Below the pieces are notes generated by a model. That model worked only from the letters and a program-made list of their open reading frames with translations. It was not told where the DNA came from and did not search any database. A stretch of 64,000 nucleotides of DNA. It comes from Octopus sinensis (Eukaryota). The stretch's first letter is position 1. Every line of letters starts with the position of its first letter. The stretch is taken from NCBI RefSeq assembly GCF_006345805.1, contig NC_043002.1:21080001-21144000 (forward strand), read 5' to 3'. A program made the translations under genes and the position numbers. Positions 24,934 through 38,768 of the stretch are shown here, in pieces.

Positions 24934-25566
24934 TATTGTTCCAAGCTGAGTGGGGGTGCTAGATTCCATTGTTCGAAAATATAAGGACACAGATCATGTC
25001 GTAAAGCCAGCTGGAGACGATGTCTCCTGGGGCTAATTACAGCAACATTCATCCTAAACCAGGACTGCCATGTTATGTTGGCACATAATCTTTGGACATT
25101 TTCTTCCTATTTTCTGTTGTCTCCTGGTTTGTCTAAGTCTTACTTTGAAACCCCTAAACACTAGCCAGTGTAGTGGGGGTACATTCTTCACCAGGAAAAG
25201 ACCTAGTATTTACAGCCATCTGTCTTTAGCTTTTCCTAGTAAGTAAAACATGGCATACTGAGCACCTGTTCAGGTTGTGTTAATTTGGTGGCACAAGTGA
25301 ACTTGAGGGCAGCACAAACATTTGGTCACTATAGGCAAATTGCAGAACTATTTTTCTTTGATTTGAGACTCTCTCTCTCTCACTCTTTCTCATATATAAT
25401 AATATATATATATATATAAATTATATATATATATGTATGTATGTGTGTGTAAGCTGTCTAAGCGTCTAAGAGTCCATAAGTCAGGAAAATTGCACTCATA
25501 TATCTGTCAGCAGAGTGAGTATATTAATTGAATTGTACAGTATTATATATCCACTATGGCTGATTT

Positions 25567-25720
25567 TAACAATTGGTTTCATACAAGGAGTTCAACAGAG
25601 TGTTAGGTAACAGTCCAATTACGTAACACTGAGCTTATCAGGGTTATGGAATAAAATATGGCAACTGCCAATGGATATATAACACTGTACACTTTGAATA
25701 TATACATGCATACATACATG

Positions 25721-25751
<31 letters not shown>

Positions 25752-25863
25752 CCATTGGCAGTTGCCATATTTCATTCCATAACAGCTACCCCTGATGAGT
25801 CCAGGGTTACATAACTAGGACTGTTATCTAACACTCTGTTGAACTTCTTGTATGAAACCAATT

Positions 25864-25868
<5 letters not shown>
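25567..25868. repeat. Inverted repeat (about 115-bp arms) around a (TA)n/(CATA)n spacer
   Basis: aacaattggtttcatacaag...atatggcaactgccaatgga mirrored by tccattggcagttgccatat...cttgtatgaaaccaattgtt. Confidence 0.9.
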
Positions 25869-25899
<31 letters not shown>

Positions 25900-26848
25900 T
25901 TATATATATATATATTAGTATTTATAATATATATATATATACATATATATATATGCAGGCATACTACACATACACACACAAATATATAAATGAATAACCA
26001 AATATATGCATAAACACACACATATATGCACATAATATATATTAATTTATAGTTATGTATAGGTTCAATACCATTCAAGAATTTCATCCATTCATCATAT
26101 ATCTGTTTCGTGATTTCACTCCTTAATGAACAAGTGTGTACCTGTGCAGACAACCGAAAGCTTCATTGAACGACACTGTGATCTGTTCTAGATGTGTAGT
26201 TCCTATTTACATTAACCATAAGCCAACATGTGTCTGATTCTTGCTGCTTACAGCTGTCCATCAAAACCAATGTATATACATGTAATACAAGTTTGTAATG
26301 AAAGTTTTTTTATGTCTTTGTACCACAAAATAAATAAGATAACAAATATAAGTATGTTGTTGTTGTTGATGTTGTTCATGGTGGGGGTTCATTCTGCCAA
26401 CAAAAACACATGTAGTATTTGTGTTTCTGCTTTATTATGAATAAACTCATTAGCAAATTAATGATAAAACTCTTATGAAAGATATGCAGTGTGTCAATGT
26501 TTTGGTGAGTGTATCAACCTTCTGAAATACAACTATATTTGTATCTATATGTTTTTACATGAAGAATGTAGCAAAACAAATACAGAAGATAAACGAACGT
26601 GTGTGTGTGTGTGTGTGTGTTGAGTGTGTTTGTGTGTGTATGTGTGTGTGTGTTTCGGCACACATGTGTTTGTATAAATACATTCATTTATACATACATA
26701 ATGCATATATGTATATATATATATTAATCAGCCGAAATTGCGAGGATGATCCGGTTCTTGACAGAAGATTGAAGGCTTTGAATGTCCCGTCGTGTTTTTT
26801 GTATCGTCTTTCTAAATGTTTGCATTCTTGTCCCAGTTTGTATTTTTT

Positions 26849-26897
<49 letters not shown>

Positions 26898-28332
26898 TTA
26901 TCATTTAACGTCTGTTTTCCATGCTAGCATGGGTTGGACATTTTGACCAGGGTCTGGGAAGCCAGGAGACTGTGCCAGGTTCCAGTCTGACCTGGCAGTG
27001 TTTCTACAGCTGGATGCCCTTCCTAACGCTAGCCACTCTGCGAGCGTAGTTGGTCCCACTGGCACAGGGGCCAGAGGCGGCTGGCAAACAGCCACGATTG
27101 GTTGCCAGTCAGGCGATGCTGGTCACCAGTCAGGCGATGCTGGTATCAGGCACATTCAGATGGTGCTTTTTACATGCCACCGGTATGGGTATCATAACTA
27201 CAATTTCCATTTGATTTTTATTTTGATGTTGATGTTGATGTACTTGACTCAATAGGTCTCCTCAAGCACAGCGGGTCTCTCATATAGATATATATATGCA
27301 TACATATAGATATATATATATATATATATATTTGTATGTATGAATATACATATAAGTATATATATATGTATACATATATATATCTATCTATATATGTATG
27401 TATGTATAAATATATATATGTATAAATATATATTTAACCATATACATATATGTATATAAATATATATATGTAAATGTATAATGCATACACAAACACACAC
27501 ACACACACACACATCTATGTATGAATATACATATGTATATATGTATGTATTTATGTATATACATATGTATGAATATTTATATATATATTTATATAGAATT
27601 TATATATACATATATTCATACATACATATACACAACAAACATATATGTATGTTTATTATTTTTATATTGGTTTCCAACCAGTTATGGTGCATCTGGGTGT
27701 GGGCCTGCTGTTAGGCCTGTGTGCCTGTTGAGATGCAAGGATGTGGATGTGTATATCATATTTCAGTATGTGTTTATGAATGTTTGTATGTACGCATGTT
27801 TTTATTTAGGCCCAATCACCCAACAACAGCAACAAGAACAACATCAATAACAGCAAGCAACCTGCTTTACTAGAGGATGAGAAATAGGACATGTGTATGG
27901 AGTTACATGGTAGAGACAACAACAAACAAGTGGTTTTTGTATGTGCATAGATGTGTGTGCAGTGTTCTTGTAGGATATATATATATATACATACATACAT
28001 ATATATATATATGTATATATATATGCATATATATATATACGCATATATATAATATATTATATATATATAATATATATATATATACATATGTATATATATA
28101 TATAGATAGATAGATGATAGATAGAAGATAGACAGATAGATAAATAGATAGATTCATTCAAGGAGAGAGGAGAGGGAGAGTGGAACAGAAAGAGACATAG
28201 GACACAGAAGTGCTGTATGTTGGATAGACAACACAGATATGTGTGCTGAGGTGCCGTACACCACTAGTCTGCTTCTCTGCTTCTTTTGTAATCTCCTTTT
28301 GTCTGCACACGTATATACACATGTTTGCATAA

Positions 28333-28386
<54 letters not shown>

Positions 28387-29554
28387 TATGTGTGTGTATA
28401 TATATGCATGTGCGTGTATATTTATATACATACATACAAATATATGTATATGTGTGTGTGTATATATATATATATCATCGTCATCATTGTTTAATGTCCG
28501 CTTTCCATGCTGGCATGGGTTGGGTGGTTTGACCGAGGACTGGCGAGCCAGATGGCTGCACCAGGCTCCAATCTAATCTGGCAGAGTTTCTACAGCTGGA
28601 TGCCCTTCCTAATGCCAACTATTCCGAGAGTGTAGCAGGTGCTTTTACGTAACACCGGCACAAGGGCCAGTTAGGCAGGTACTCACAACGAATGGTGTTT
28701 TTTACATGCCACCTGCATAGGAGCCAGTCCAGCGGCACTGGAAACCACCTCACTTGAATGTTGTTTTTCACATGCCACAGTGATGCTGGTAACAATCACA
28801 CTTGAACGGTGCTTTCTACATGCCACTGGCACAGCAGCCAGTCAGCAGCCCTGGCAGTGTCACACTCGGATGGTGCTCTTAATGTTCCACTAGCACGGAT
28901 GCTAGTCAAGTAGTGCTGTCATCGGCCATGTCAATAAATTTGATTTCAATTTTACTTATATATATATGTATATATATAGATCAGACTGGAGCCTAGTGGA
29001 GCCTCCTGGCTTCCCAGACCCCAGTTGAACCGTCCAACCCTTGCTAGCATGGAAAACGGATGTTAAACGATGATGATGATATGAATATATATATATATAT
29101 ATATACACACATGAGACTGACACATTGCCTACTGCGCTATATATATTTGTGTGTGTTTGTAAATATATATAGCTTTTAGGTGTCAGGGTCACCCATTTAT
29201 AAATACCTCCCACACCCGATTCCACCTCATCCATTCCTTCCTTCATTCATCTTGACATTCCACCTTTACAAAAATATCTGCCATTCCTATGTCCCTCTGT
29301 TCCCCAACATTCTTTCTAGGGATTCTTGTAAAACCTCTGCTACACCTGCCCCTGCCACTTTTTAGATTATGTGCCATCTGTAAGGGCACATCTAATCTTC
29401 ATGTTGTCAGTCCCCACTCTCGTTTTTTCTTTCTTTCTGTCCCTCTTTCTCTCTCTATCTCTCTCTCTTTCTCACTCATGCACTTAAGTACAAGTGGTTA
29501 TACACTTTCACATAACCAAAACAAACCACATACACACACATTGATATATATATA

Positions 29555-29607
<53 letters not shown>

Positions 29608-29625
29608 GTATATATATATGCATAT

Positions 29626-29661
<36 letters not shown>

Positions 29662-30125
29662 ACATATATATACATATATATGTATATAGATATATATGTA
29701 TATATGTATAATATGTATATTATAAATGTACATACCCTGACTTCCATACATAAAACACCCACATGCATTATAAGCACATGCTCATACACGCACACAGTTA
29801 TTTTCATTATAAAAGTTGTTTGAGCTAACTTGTATGAACACATACTCTTCACACATTTCAGTATACACACCTATATACATACACATATATATGTATGAAT
29901 GTATGTGTACAGTTTTATACATATACACTCCTGCACAAACATATCCTTTTATTCTTTTACTTGTTTCTGTCATTTGACTGCGGCCATGCTGGAGCACTGC
30001 CTTTAGTCGAACAAATCGGCCCCAGGACTTATTCTTTGTAAACTTAGTACTTATCCTATCGGTTTGCTTTTGCCGAACCGCTAAGTTACAGGGATGTAAA
30101 CACACCAATATCGGTTTGTCAAACG

Positions 30126-30225
30126 NNNNNNNNNNNNNNNNNNNNNNNNNNNNNNNNNNNNNNNNNNNNNNNNNNNNNNNNNNNNNNNNNNNNNNNNNNN
30201 NNNNNNNNNNNNNNNNNNNNNNNNN
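30126..30225. other. Assembly gap (100 N), truncating a SINE A copy
   Basis: Run of N; the true length is unknown. Confidence 0.99.
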
Positions 30226-32699
30226 TGTTATGGTTGATTAGCCCCAGGTCAACCATGCCATGTTGTTTAACTTCAGGCCAGCCTGTGTTATGCAAAACCA
30301 TTTCAAGAATTATTTCAAAATGGCTTTTAAAATTTTATATCATATTTTTCATTATTATGTAGTTGATTATAGGCTGTTATTTCTGTTATTTCTTTAACCC
30401 AGTTATGATAAAAGGCAAGACTGACTTTGGTAGGATTTGAACTCAGAATGAGAGGCCTGAACAAATGCTGCTAAACATTTTGTCTGGCATACTAATGATT
30501 CCACAAGCTTGCTGCCTTCTTTTAAGAGAAATAATTCTCCCTAATGTGTGTGTGTGCGTGTGCACATGTGTGAGTTTTGAGAGTGTGTGTGTGTGTGTGT
30601 GTGTGTGTTTGTATGGTTGATTATTATTTACTTTATTTTGTACCGTATATATAAATTACTACAATTAGCCGTCATTATTGACAGCATGTGGTCAGCTAGT
30701 GTAATATTAGTGATATCGGTGACTATAAAATAATTAGTAATACAAGATACATTTAAATATTGACCACAAATGTGTAACTAAATATATTCATGCTCAATAG
30801 TTACATAGCATCATACATTAGTGGTTGTGGTAATTAGCAGCTTTATCAGTTAGTAATACAAAGTATAAAAAGCACTATCCGCTCATGTCCGTTGCCAGCC
30901 TCGCCTGGCCCCCGTGCCGGTGGCACGTAAAAGCACCATCCGTTCGTGTCCATTGCCAGCCTCACCTGGCCCCTGTGCCGATGGCGCGTAAAAGCACCAT
31001 CCGTTCATGGCCGTTTGCCAGCTCCATCTGGCACCTGTGCGGGTGGCACGTAAAAAGCACTCACTACACTCACGGAGTGGTTGGCGTTGGGAAGGGCATC
31101 CAGCCATAGATACACTGCCAGATCAGACTGGGCCTGATGCAGCCTTCTGGCTTCACAGACCCCAGTTGAACCGTCCAACCCATGCTAGCATGGAAAGCGG
31201 AAGCTAAATGGTGATGATGATGATGATGATCTATAGGGAAAAATATATCCACACATACACCAGGCTGACAAGAAAAGGACTCAGCTTAAGCATAAATTTG
31301 GGGCATGGAGCACCAAGGTTGGGCCTGTGATTATCTGTCGGGTCACTTCTGACTAAAGCAAAAAATGTATTCAGAACTACAAATTTTGAAAAGACCTGAA
31401 AGTGATTTAGTTCTGTCTTGCTAAGTTTCTTTCAGAGGCCCGAGACACACATAGGTATATAGAAGCACAGAATATGTCAGATATAAATGGTTACAATAGT
31501 TAGTGGAACAAAAGATTTATCAACCATATACTGACAAGATGTATAGAAAAAATCCATTCCTTAACTATTTATTCTTTTATTTGTTTCAGTCATTTGACTG
31601 TGGCCATGCTGGAGCATCGCCCTTAGTCAAACAGATCAACCCCCAGGGCTTATTCTTTGTAAGCCTAGAACTTATTCTATCAATTTCTTTTGCTGAAATG
31701 TTAAGTTACGGGGACATAACCACACCAGTATCTGTCGTCAAGTATCTGTTGTGAGGGGTCAAACACAGACACACACACACAAATATATATATGTATATAC
31801 GATGGGCTTCTTTCAGTTTCCATCTACCAAATCCACTCACAAGGCTTTTGTTGGTCTGAGGCTATAGTAGAAGACATTTGCCCAAGGTGCCATGCAGTGG
31901 GACTGAACCCAGAACCATGTGGTTGGGAAGCAAGCTTCTTACCATACAACTATGCCTGCTCCTATAAATTTATGAATATTTATTAAAAAAAAATTCATTT
32001 ATGTAACAGAACAGACTGGGTGGATGAACATCATATCTAGCTTCACTTGTTCATGAATTAATCTGTAAATTACTGAGATTTGTGTATTTTTCTCATTGAT
32101 TTTTCAAGCCTGCCTTCCTGTTTCCTTCTGATAAACTGTTTTCATAGCTGGATACCAGTCATTTTTTGAAACTACCCAGCTGTAAAATAGGCCATGGTAG
32201 GTTTTATTTATCACTAAACAGCTAGATAGAAGTCATTACTATTTCAGAAAGCAGAGCTAGCATGTTTAATGTAGAGTTATAAAAGAAAAATAAGCAATTA
32301 AAATTTTAGCTGTAAGGCAAGAAAAATCACTAGTGTTAATGATAATTCTTGTTGATGCTAAGGGAGGCAACTATGAAATTAAAACTGATTCAAAAATTGG
32401 TTTCAAATTTTGGTACATAGTCAGCAATTTCTGGGGAGAGAGTAAGCTGATTAAATCGACCTCAATGTTGAACTGGTACTTATTTTATCAACCCTGAAAG
32501 GATGAAAGGCAAAGACGACCTGGACAGCATTAAAAATTAAATGGGAATATGTAATAGAGAGTGATAATGATCTAAGGAAAGTTTGATGATAGCATGTGAC
32601 ATATTTCAGTTTTATTAAATCTCCTCAGCACGGCTTATTTTTACTGCTACCTGCAGATTTTAAAATGATTATGAGAATATTTTGGTTTAATGAAATAAC

Positions 32700-33007
32700 A
32701 TTCATTAATTAGACACAGATATGGCTTTATTTACATTATTTACGTTTGACGGATATTTGTCCTCATCTTTGTTGTTAACACAACGTTTCGGCTGATATAC
32801 CCTCCAGCCTTCTTCAGGTGTCTTGAGGAAATTTCAAACCTGGGTTCTCATTCCTAAGGTATTTTTCGATGTTGTAATTATTATTATAATTATTATTATT
32901 CAGGTCACTGCCTGGAATCGAACTCGGAATCTTGGGGTTAGTAGCCCGTACTCTTAACCACTATGCCAAATGCCCATAGGTTCGAAATTTTCCCAAGACA
33001 CCTGATG
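32700..33007 (-). mobile_element. Short non-autonomous element: tRNA-like head plus hammerhead unit, with an inverted truncated partial copy
   Basis: Minus strand head gggcatttggcatagtggttaagag...gagttcgattcc has A- and B-box-like motifs (about 32900-32975) and lies upstream of the ribozyme. The segment 32979-33007 (ggttcgaaattttcccaagacacctgatg) is an inverted copy of about 32815-32841. Confidence 0.6.
32777..32823 (-). ncRNA. Minimal type I hammerhead ribozyme motif (Penelope-type, palindromic stem III)
   Basis: Minus strand reads AGACAC CUGAAGA A GGCUG gagggUAUAU CAGCC GAAA CGUU GUGUU. Stem I GACAC/GUGUU, core CUGANGA and GAAA, 5-bp stem II, ACGU palindrome at stem III. Confidence 0.75.
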
Positions 33008-33668
33008 TCAAATATAAATAATATAAATAATGTACATAATTTCTCATATCTTAAATATAGAACTGTACAGATATCACTGTATCTTGTGTTCTATCTCACT
33101 GCATGACAGAGTTTTTTACTGTAGCCGCAGGTTGACCAATACACATGTGAATGAAATTGGTGGCTGGAAACTGTATGGAAGCCCGTTCTACACATGTCCC
33201 AAAACACCACAGCAATTAAATCTTTCGATTTTTCTAAGTGTTGAAATATCCTGTCTTGTTTTTTGTCACTGTGCTTTTTAATCGTCCCTTTGTGTGTGTG
33301 TGTGTGTGTGTGGTGTGTGTGTGCATGTGTGTGTTTGTAGGCATGGCTTTATGGTTAGGAAGCTTGCTTCCTAGCCACATAATTTCAGGTTCAGTCCTAC
33401 TGCATGGTACCTTGGGCAAGCATCTGCTGTAGCCTCAGGCTAACTGAAGCCTTGTGATTGAATTTGGTAGACAGAAGTTATCGTTGTGTGTGTATATGTG
33501 TGTGTGTAAGTGCATGTGCCTCCTAACAGTGAGAGGAAATGATGATGATAATGATATTTATATATATATATAAGATCAGCAAAATTTAGATTCAGATGAA
33601 TATGGTACTTAATTCAAAGGCACCAAAATTTTGTTTGGTATTATCGATATAAATCAAATGGGGTGATT

Positions 33669-33816
33669 ATAATCAAAATAAGCAACAAGTATATCCGAGG
33701 TGGAGTAGTACAATTGTTTCATGCTACTTCATTTTATTAAGTGTTTAATAAAATGAAGTAGCATGAAACAATTGTACTACTCTACCTTGGATATACTTGT
33801 TGCTTATTTTGATTAT
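33669..33816. repeat. Near-perfect palindrome (about 70-bp arms)
   Basis: agtagtacaattgtttcatgctacttcattttattaa gtgt ttaataaaatgaagtagcatgaaacaattgtactact. Confidence 0.92.
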
Positions 33817-34639
33817 ATATATGTATATATATGTGTGTGTATACTTGTGTGTGTACATGCATGCAAATATTTACATTTTGCATCGATGAAAAGATTTGCA
33901 TAAAACATGGTGATGTTATGTTGCCATTTCCTGTAATCAAATTTTCTTGTAGCTCTATGCTTTGAAAGACTAGTGAAAAAAAAAAGTATTACTTGGAAAA
34001 CTGGTAAGGGTTAGTGACAGGAAGAGTACCTGGCTGTAAAACAATTCCTCAAACCTATGCTAACATGGAAGAATAGATGTTAAAGAAAAAAAGGCAATTT
34101 AAAAAAGTGACAAGAGAAATCTTCCCAAGTTGTCATCAGCATAAAGAATAAAAGTCATATAAGCTGAGGAGGGGTCAATTTATGTCTGCAAAAACATAAA
34201 CTCATCTGATCTATGTCAGGTGGTTACTTACTCTTTTACTTGTTTCAGTCAGTTGGCTGCGGCCATGCTGGAGCACTGCCTTTAGTCGAGCAAATCGACC
34301 CCAGGACTTATTCTTTGGAAGCCTAGTACTTATTCTATTGGTCTCTTTTACCAAACTGCTAAGTTACGGGGGCGTAAATACACCACCATCGGTTGTCAAG
34401 TGATGTTGGTGGGGACAGTCACAGACACACAAACATATACACACACATACATATATATGTACATATATACGACGGGCTTCTTTCAGTTTCTGTCTACCAA
34501 ATCCACTCCCAAGGCTTTGGTCAGCCTAAGGTTATGGTAGAAGACACTTGCCCAAGGTGCCACGCAGTGGGAATGAACCTGGAACTATGTGGTTGGTAAG
34601 CAAGCTACTTACCACGCAGCCACTCCTGCACCTAAAATT

Positions 34640-35295
34640 TCATGAACAGGACATGCTTTGGTTCATCTTTATAAGAAAAATCTCAACTAAGACCAAAAGC
34701 CTAATGAGGAAAATGACAGATGATTCTGATCCTTCTGATGCTCCCAATGAAAGAGTTCTGAAAATTTCTTTGCTTTAAGGATATTGTGAAAAGCTAAGTT
34801 CTTTTATAAAGCTTAGAAAAACTAAAGGACCACTGCAATAAGTGTTTGACTCTGAGAGGGGAATATGTTGAATAAAATCACAATTAATTGATTCTCCTTT
34901 ATTTTCTTTTACTCAAATCCAGGGACTTTTCAGCCTCCCCTTGTAAGTTTCTGGCAATTGTAATGGTCTTAGGAGTGATGAGTAACAATGGTCATGTCAT
35001 ACCAACTCACATCTTTCCACAGGACCTTAGAAATATTGCTGCTGGATACATTGAGGTGTTGGAGACAGTTTTTAAGCCCTGGACTTATGCAGAGGAAGGA
35101 TGCGTTTTAACAAAACTCAGTACCTTCTCACAAAGCCTACATAGCCCAAGATTGGATGCTAGACAATGTTTGTGATCATGTAACATCAAATCTATAGCAT
35201 CCAAACTTGCCAGATTTAAGCCCCGTGGACTACTATGTTTAGAACATTGTTGAAAGGGCGACCTATCAACATCCTCACAATACAGTTAATTCGAC
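34640..35295 (+). mobile_element. Decayed maT/DD37D-type Tc1-mariner transposase
   Basis: Remnants DQKPNEENDR...SDPSDAP, VMVLGVMSNNGHVIPTHIFPQDLR...YIEVLETVFKPW, QNSVPSHKA and PDLSPVDYYV; interrupted near 34750-34930 and at the 3' end. Confidence 0.7.
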
Positions 35296-35321
35296 TTAAT
35301 CAATTTCGATCTTTAAACATT

Positions 35322-35629
35322 ACGAAGATGTACTTGCATAGCAAGTGACTTGATCTGAGATCGTGTGCTGGAACGAAAACAATTGCAGCGTGAAAGGTGT
35401 TTATAAGCCATTTAAGAAACACACAAAACCATTAGATTCACTTCAACATTTAAATTTAATTTGTCAAAATATTTTTGTCGCTTTGAGACCACAAAGTTTT
35501 GTCAGTGAACAGGTTGTGGTCTCAAAGAGACAAAAATCTTTTGACAAATTAAATTTAAATGTTGAAGTGAATCTAACGGTTTTGTGTGTTTCTTAAATGG
35601 CTTATAAACACCTTCCACGCTGCAATTGT
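35322..35629. mobile_element. Fold-back insertion flanked by a 14-bp target-site duplication
   Basis: gatctttaaacatt at 35308-35321 and 35630-35643; inverted arms at about 35380-35494 and 35514-35628. Confidence 0.75.
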
Positions 35630-36914
35630 GATCTTTAAACATTTGTCACAGATTCAACATTTGATAGCAAAAAGTAGCTGTGAGTGAAGTTATCCAACAG
35701 CTGGATATAAACAAGGTTACTATTTCATTCGAGATTCAAGTAACAAGTGCTTAGTTCCAAAATTCCATTTATTATATCACTTATTCTTCAGTAATATCTA
35801 ATATAACATATGAAGTAGTAGTAAAATGACTAAGGAGATAAAATATCAAATCAGACAACCTCTTGGAAGCTATTGGGAGTAAATCAAATCCAGGCATTCC
35901 ATTGTGTTGGTTGAGAAATATACGTAATTCTATGATTTGGCCCTTGTTGAAAGTTATCTACTGAAAGATCTCTGGTTTATCTGTGGAATCTAATTTTGCA
36001 ATGACACTACATATATATTTATTAAACACCTAGTCATGGCTACTCATTCATATTTATTTGTAACTTTGGAGATAAGATAAGGAATTACCCTGGGGCACAT
36101 TCTGCTTGAAAAACATATTGTTAAGTGGGGGATCACAATACTTAATGTAGTGACATTAAGAACGTTACTCCCCACTTAACTATGTCTTTTAAGCTGAAAG
36201 TGTCCCTGAACAAGCCTACCCCCACTATTAAACTGTCACATGTTCATTCATTCATTCAAAATATTTATATTCTCTCAATTGTCTGTGGAGCATTCACCCA
36301 TATTGTCACGTAATTAGTACACAGTTCTGTTGATTGACTCACAGGAATATCTATCATCAAAACAAATAAGTGGATTCATTTATATTTTGTAATTAATATA
36401 TATTTTTTTATCAGAGGTACACAGACAAAGGTCTTGTGAGTAGATTTGGTTGATAGAAACTGAAAAAAGCCTATCATATATGTATGTGTATGTGTGTGCA
36501 CACACGTGTATGTGTATGTAAGTGTGTGTGTATGTGCTTGTTTGTATTTGTGTGTGTATGTGTGTTCCCTTGTCTTGATGTGACTGATGTGGTGTAATGT
36601 GATGATGGATGTGATGTGATGGTTGCTGTGACGATTGAGGTGATGCGATGTGATGGTTATACACAAGTCTCACTGCCATAGAAGTGATGGAGTTTGTTTT
36701 CAGTCTTCAGTGGAAAGTATATTTGGTCATGGGGAAATATTTGCTCAGAAACAAGTGAAGATTGGTGACATGGAGGGCATCTGGTTGAAGAAAATCCATT
36801 TCAATGAATTCTGTCTGACACAAGCAAGCATAGAAAAGTGAATGTTAAATGAGGATAACAATGACAATTATGATGATGATGATGAAGATGATTACGGTGA
36901 CAACAACAACAACA

Positions 36915-37512
36915 TGGTTGAAGAGGTAGACAATGTGCTCCCCCCAGACCCGACAATTAGAGAATTGCAACAAACAGCAGCCCTAGTAGCAGCTGGCAAG
37001 ATTTTGATGGTGATCTGGGTGCTGGGCCATTGCAGTCTCCATGGCAGTGAACTCGCAGATATGCAAGTGAAACGTGGCTTGGCACTGCCACAACTGGATG
37101 CTGCCATCGATACAGCCATTCGTCAGGCGGTGGTTATTCTTTGAACATTCCAGCCAACGCCAATTCAACTCCCCCGTCTGAAGGAAGTCTGAAGGAAGAA
37201 GCCGGATGAAAGAACCAAAGCAGCCCTCTTGAAGGCAGACTTCACAGACATGATACGCTTCCATAGTGGTCATCATCCGGCACTCAGGCGGTGTCAAAAG
37301 ATGGCAGGATGCAGCGACTCAGATCAATGCAGACTCTGTAACGAGGAGGTGGAATCTGCAGAACATCCCTGGCTGAGATGTCCAGCCCTGATTGGTGGAA
37401 CGCTATATCCGCTAACTTGGGGCTACAATGGATGAGATGATTCGTCTCCCTTCCACAGCTCTAGTGCTTCTGAGAGTTATCCTCAGGCACTTGAGGTGAC
37501 CAACAACAACAA
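36915..37512 (+). mobile_element. I-group-like non-LTR retrotransposon 3' end with RNase H and CCHC finger
   Basis: IWVLGHCSLHGSELADMQVKRG (RNase H WVPGH..GNE.AD motif), then RFHSGHH...CRLCNEEVESAEHPWLRCPAL (CX2CX8HX4C); ends in (CAA)n. Confidence 0.75.
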
Positions 37513-37987
37513 TGATAATGCTGGTAATGATGAGGACCAAAACGATGATGATGATGATGACAATGGCAATGCTTGAAATTTAGCGGGAGGGGAGCTAGTT
37601 GATTACCTCAACCCAAGTATATGACTGGCATTTATTTTATCAACCCTGAAAGGATAAAAGGTAAAGTCAACCTCAGCAGAATTTGAACTCAGAACATAGA
37701 GACAGACAAAATACATACTAAGCACTTTGCCTGACATGCTAACGATTCTGTCAGCTCACCACCTTTTAACACTAAAACAGACTATCAATGACTGACTTGT
37801 AAAATGTAGAGCAAAACACTTTGATAAACAAAAATAGCTGTTGTTATATCAGTAAAATACAGTGAAGGAGAGTATTGGTGAATGGCTTGTAAAATGGACA
37901 ATAAAAGACTTTGATAACAAAGAACATATGTTATTTATAAAGTAATGTCAAAGTAAAAATGAATATAATTGTGTATGATTGAGTGTG

Positions 37988-38042
<55 letters not shown>

Positions 38043-38400
38043 ACTGTATGCGTGTTTGTGTTTAGGTGTCTGTATGTATGTTTGTTAATATCTCTCTCTC
38101 TCTCTCTCTCTCTCTATGTATACATGCACTCACACATACACACATTATATATGTGTGTGTGTGTATTTAGAGGGAGAGAGAAAGTGTGTGTGAGAGAGGA
38201 GGGGAGCAGGAGAGAGAAAGAAAGAGATTTTGTTATACAAAGCCCAGGAACAAATGATCAAGTAAAACATAATGTATATGAATTTTGATACACACACACA
38301 CACACACACGCGCGCGTACACACAATGTAAATACGTATTTGTGTATGCATGTATAATATATATATGTGTGTATCTGTGTATGTATATCTATATATAGATG

Positions 38401-38455
<55 letters not shown>

Positions 38456-38484
38456 GTATTTATGTATGTATGTAAGTATATATA

Positions 38485-38557
<73 letters not shown>

Positions 38558-38705
38558 GTATAGATATATATACAGGGGGGGGGGGGTGATTGTGTATAGA
38601 AGAATATATAATAAATTTTATTAATATATATATGTATATATATATATATATGTATGTATATAAATATATATACATACATATATACATACACATATATATA
38701 TATAC

Positions 38706-38768
<63 letters not shown>

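Noticed and set aside
35494-35535. Hammerhead in the loop of the TSD-flanked fold-back (ttttgtCAGTGA...acaaaa)
   Set aside because: A stem I-like pairing exists but the core is neither CUGANGA nor GAAA.
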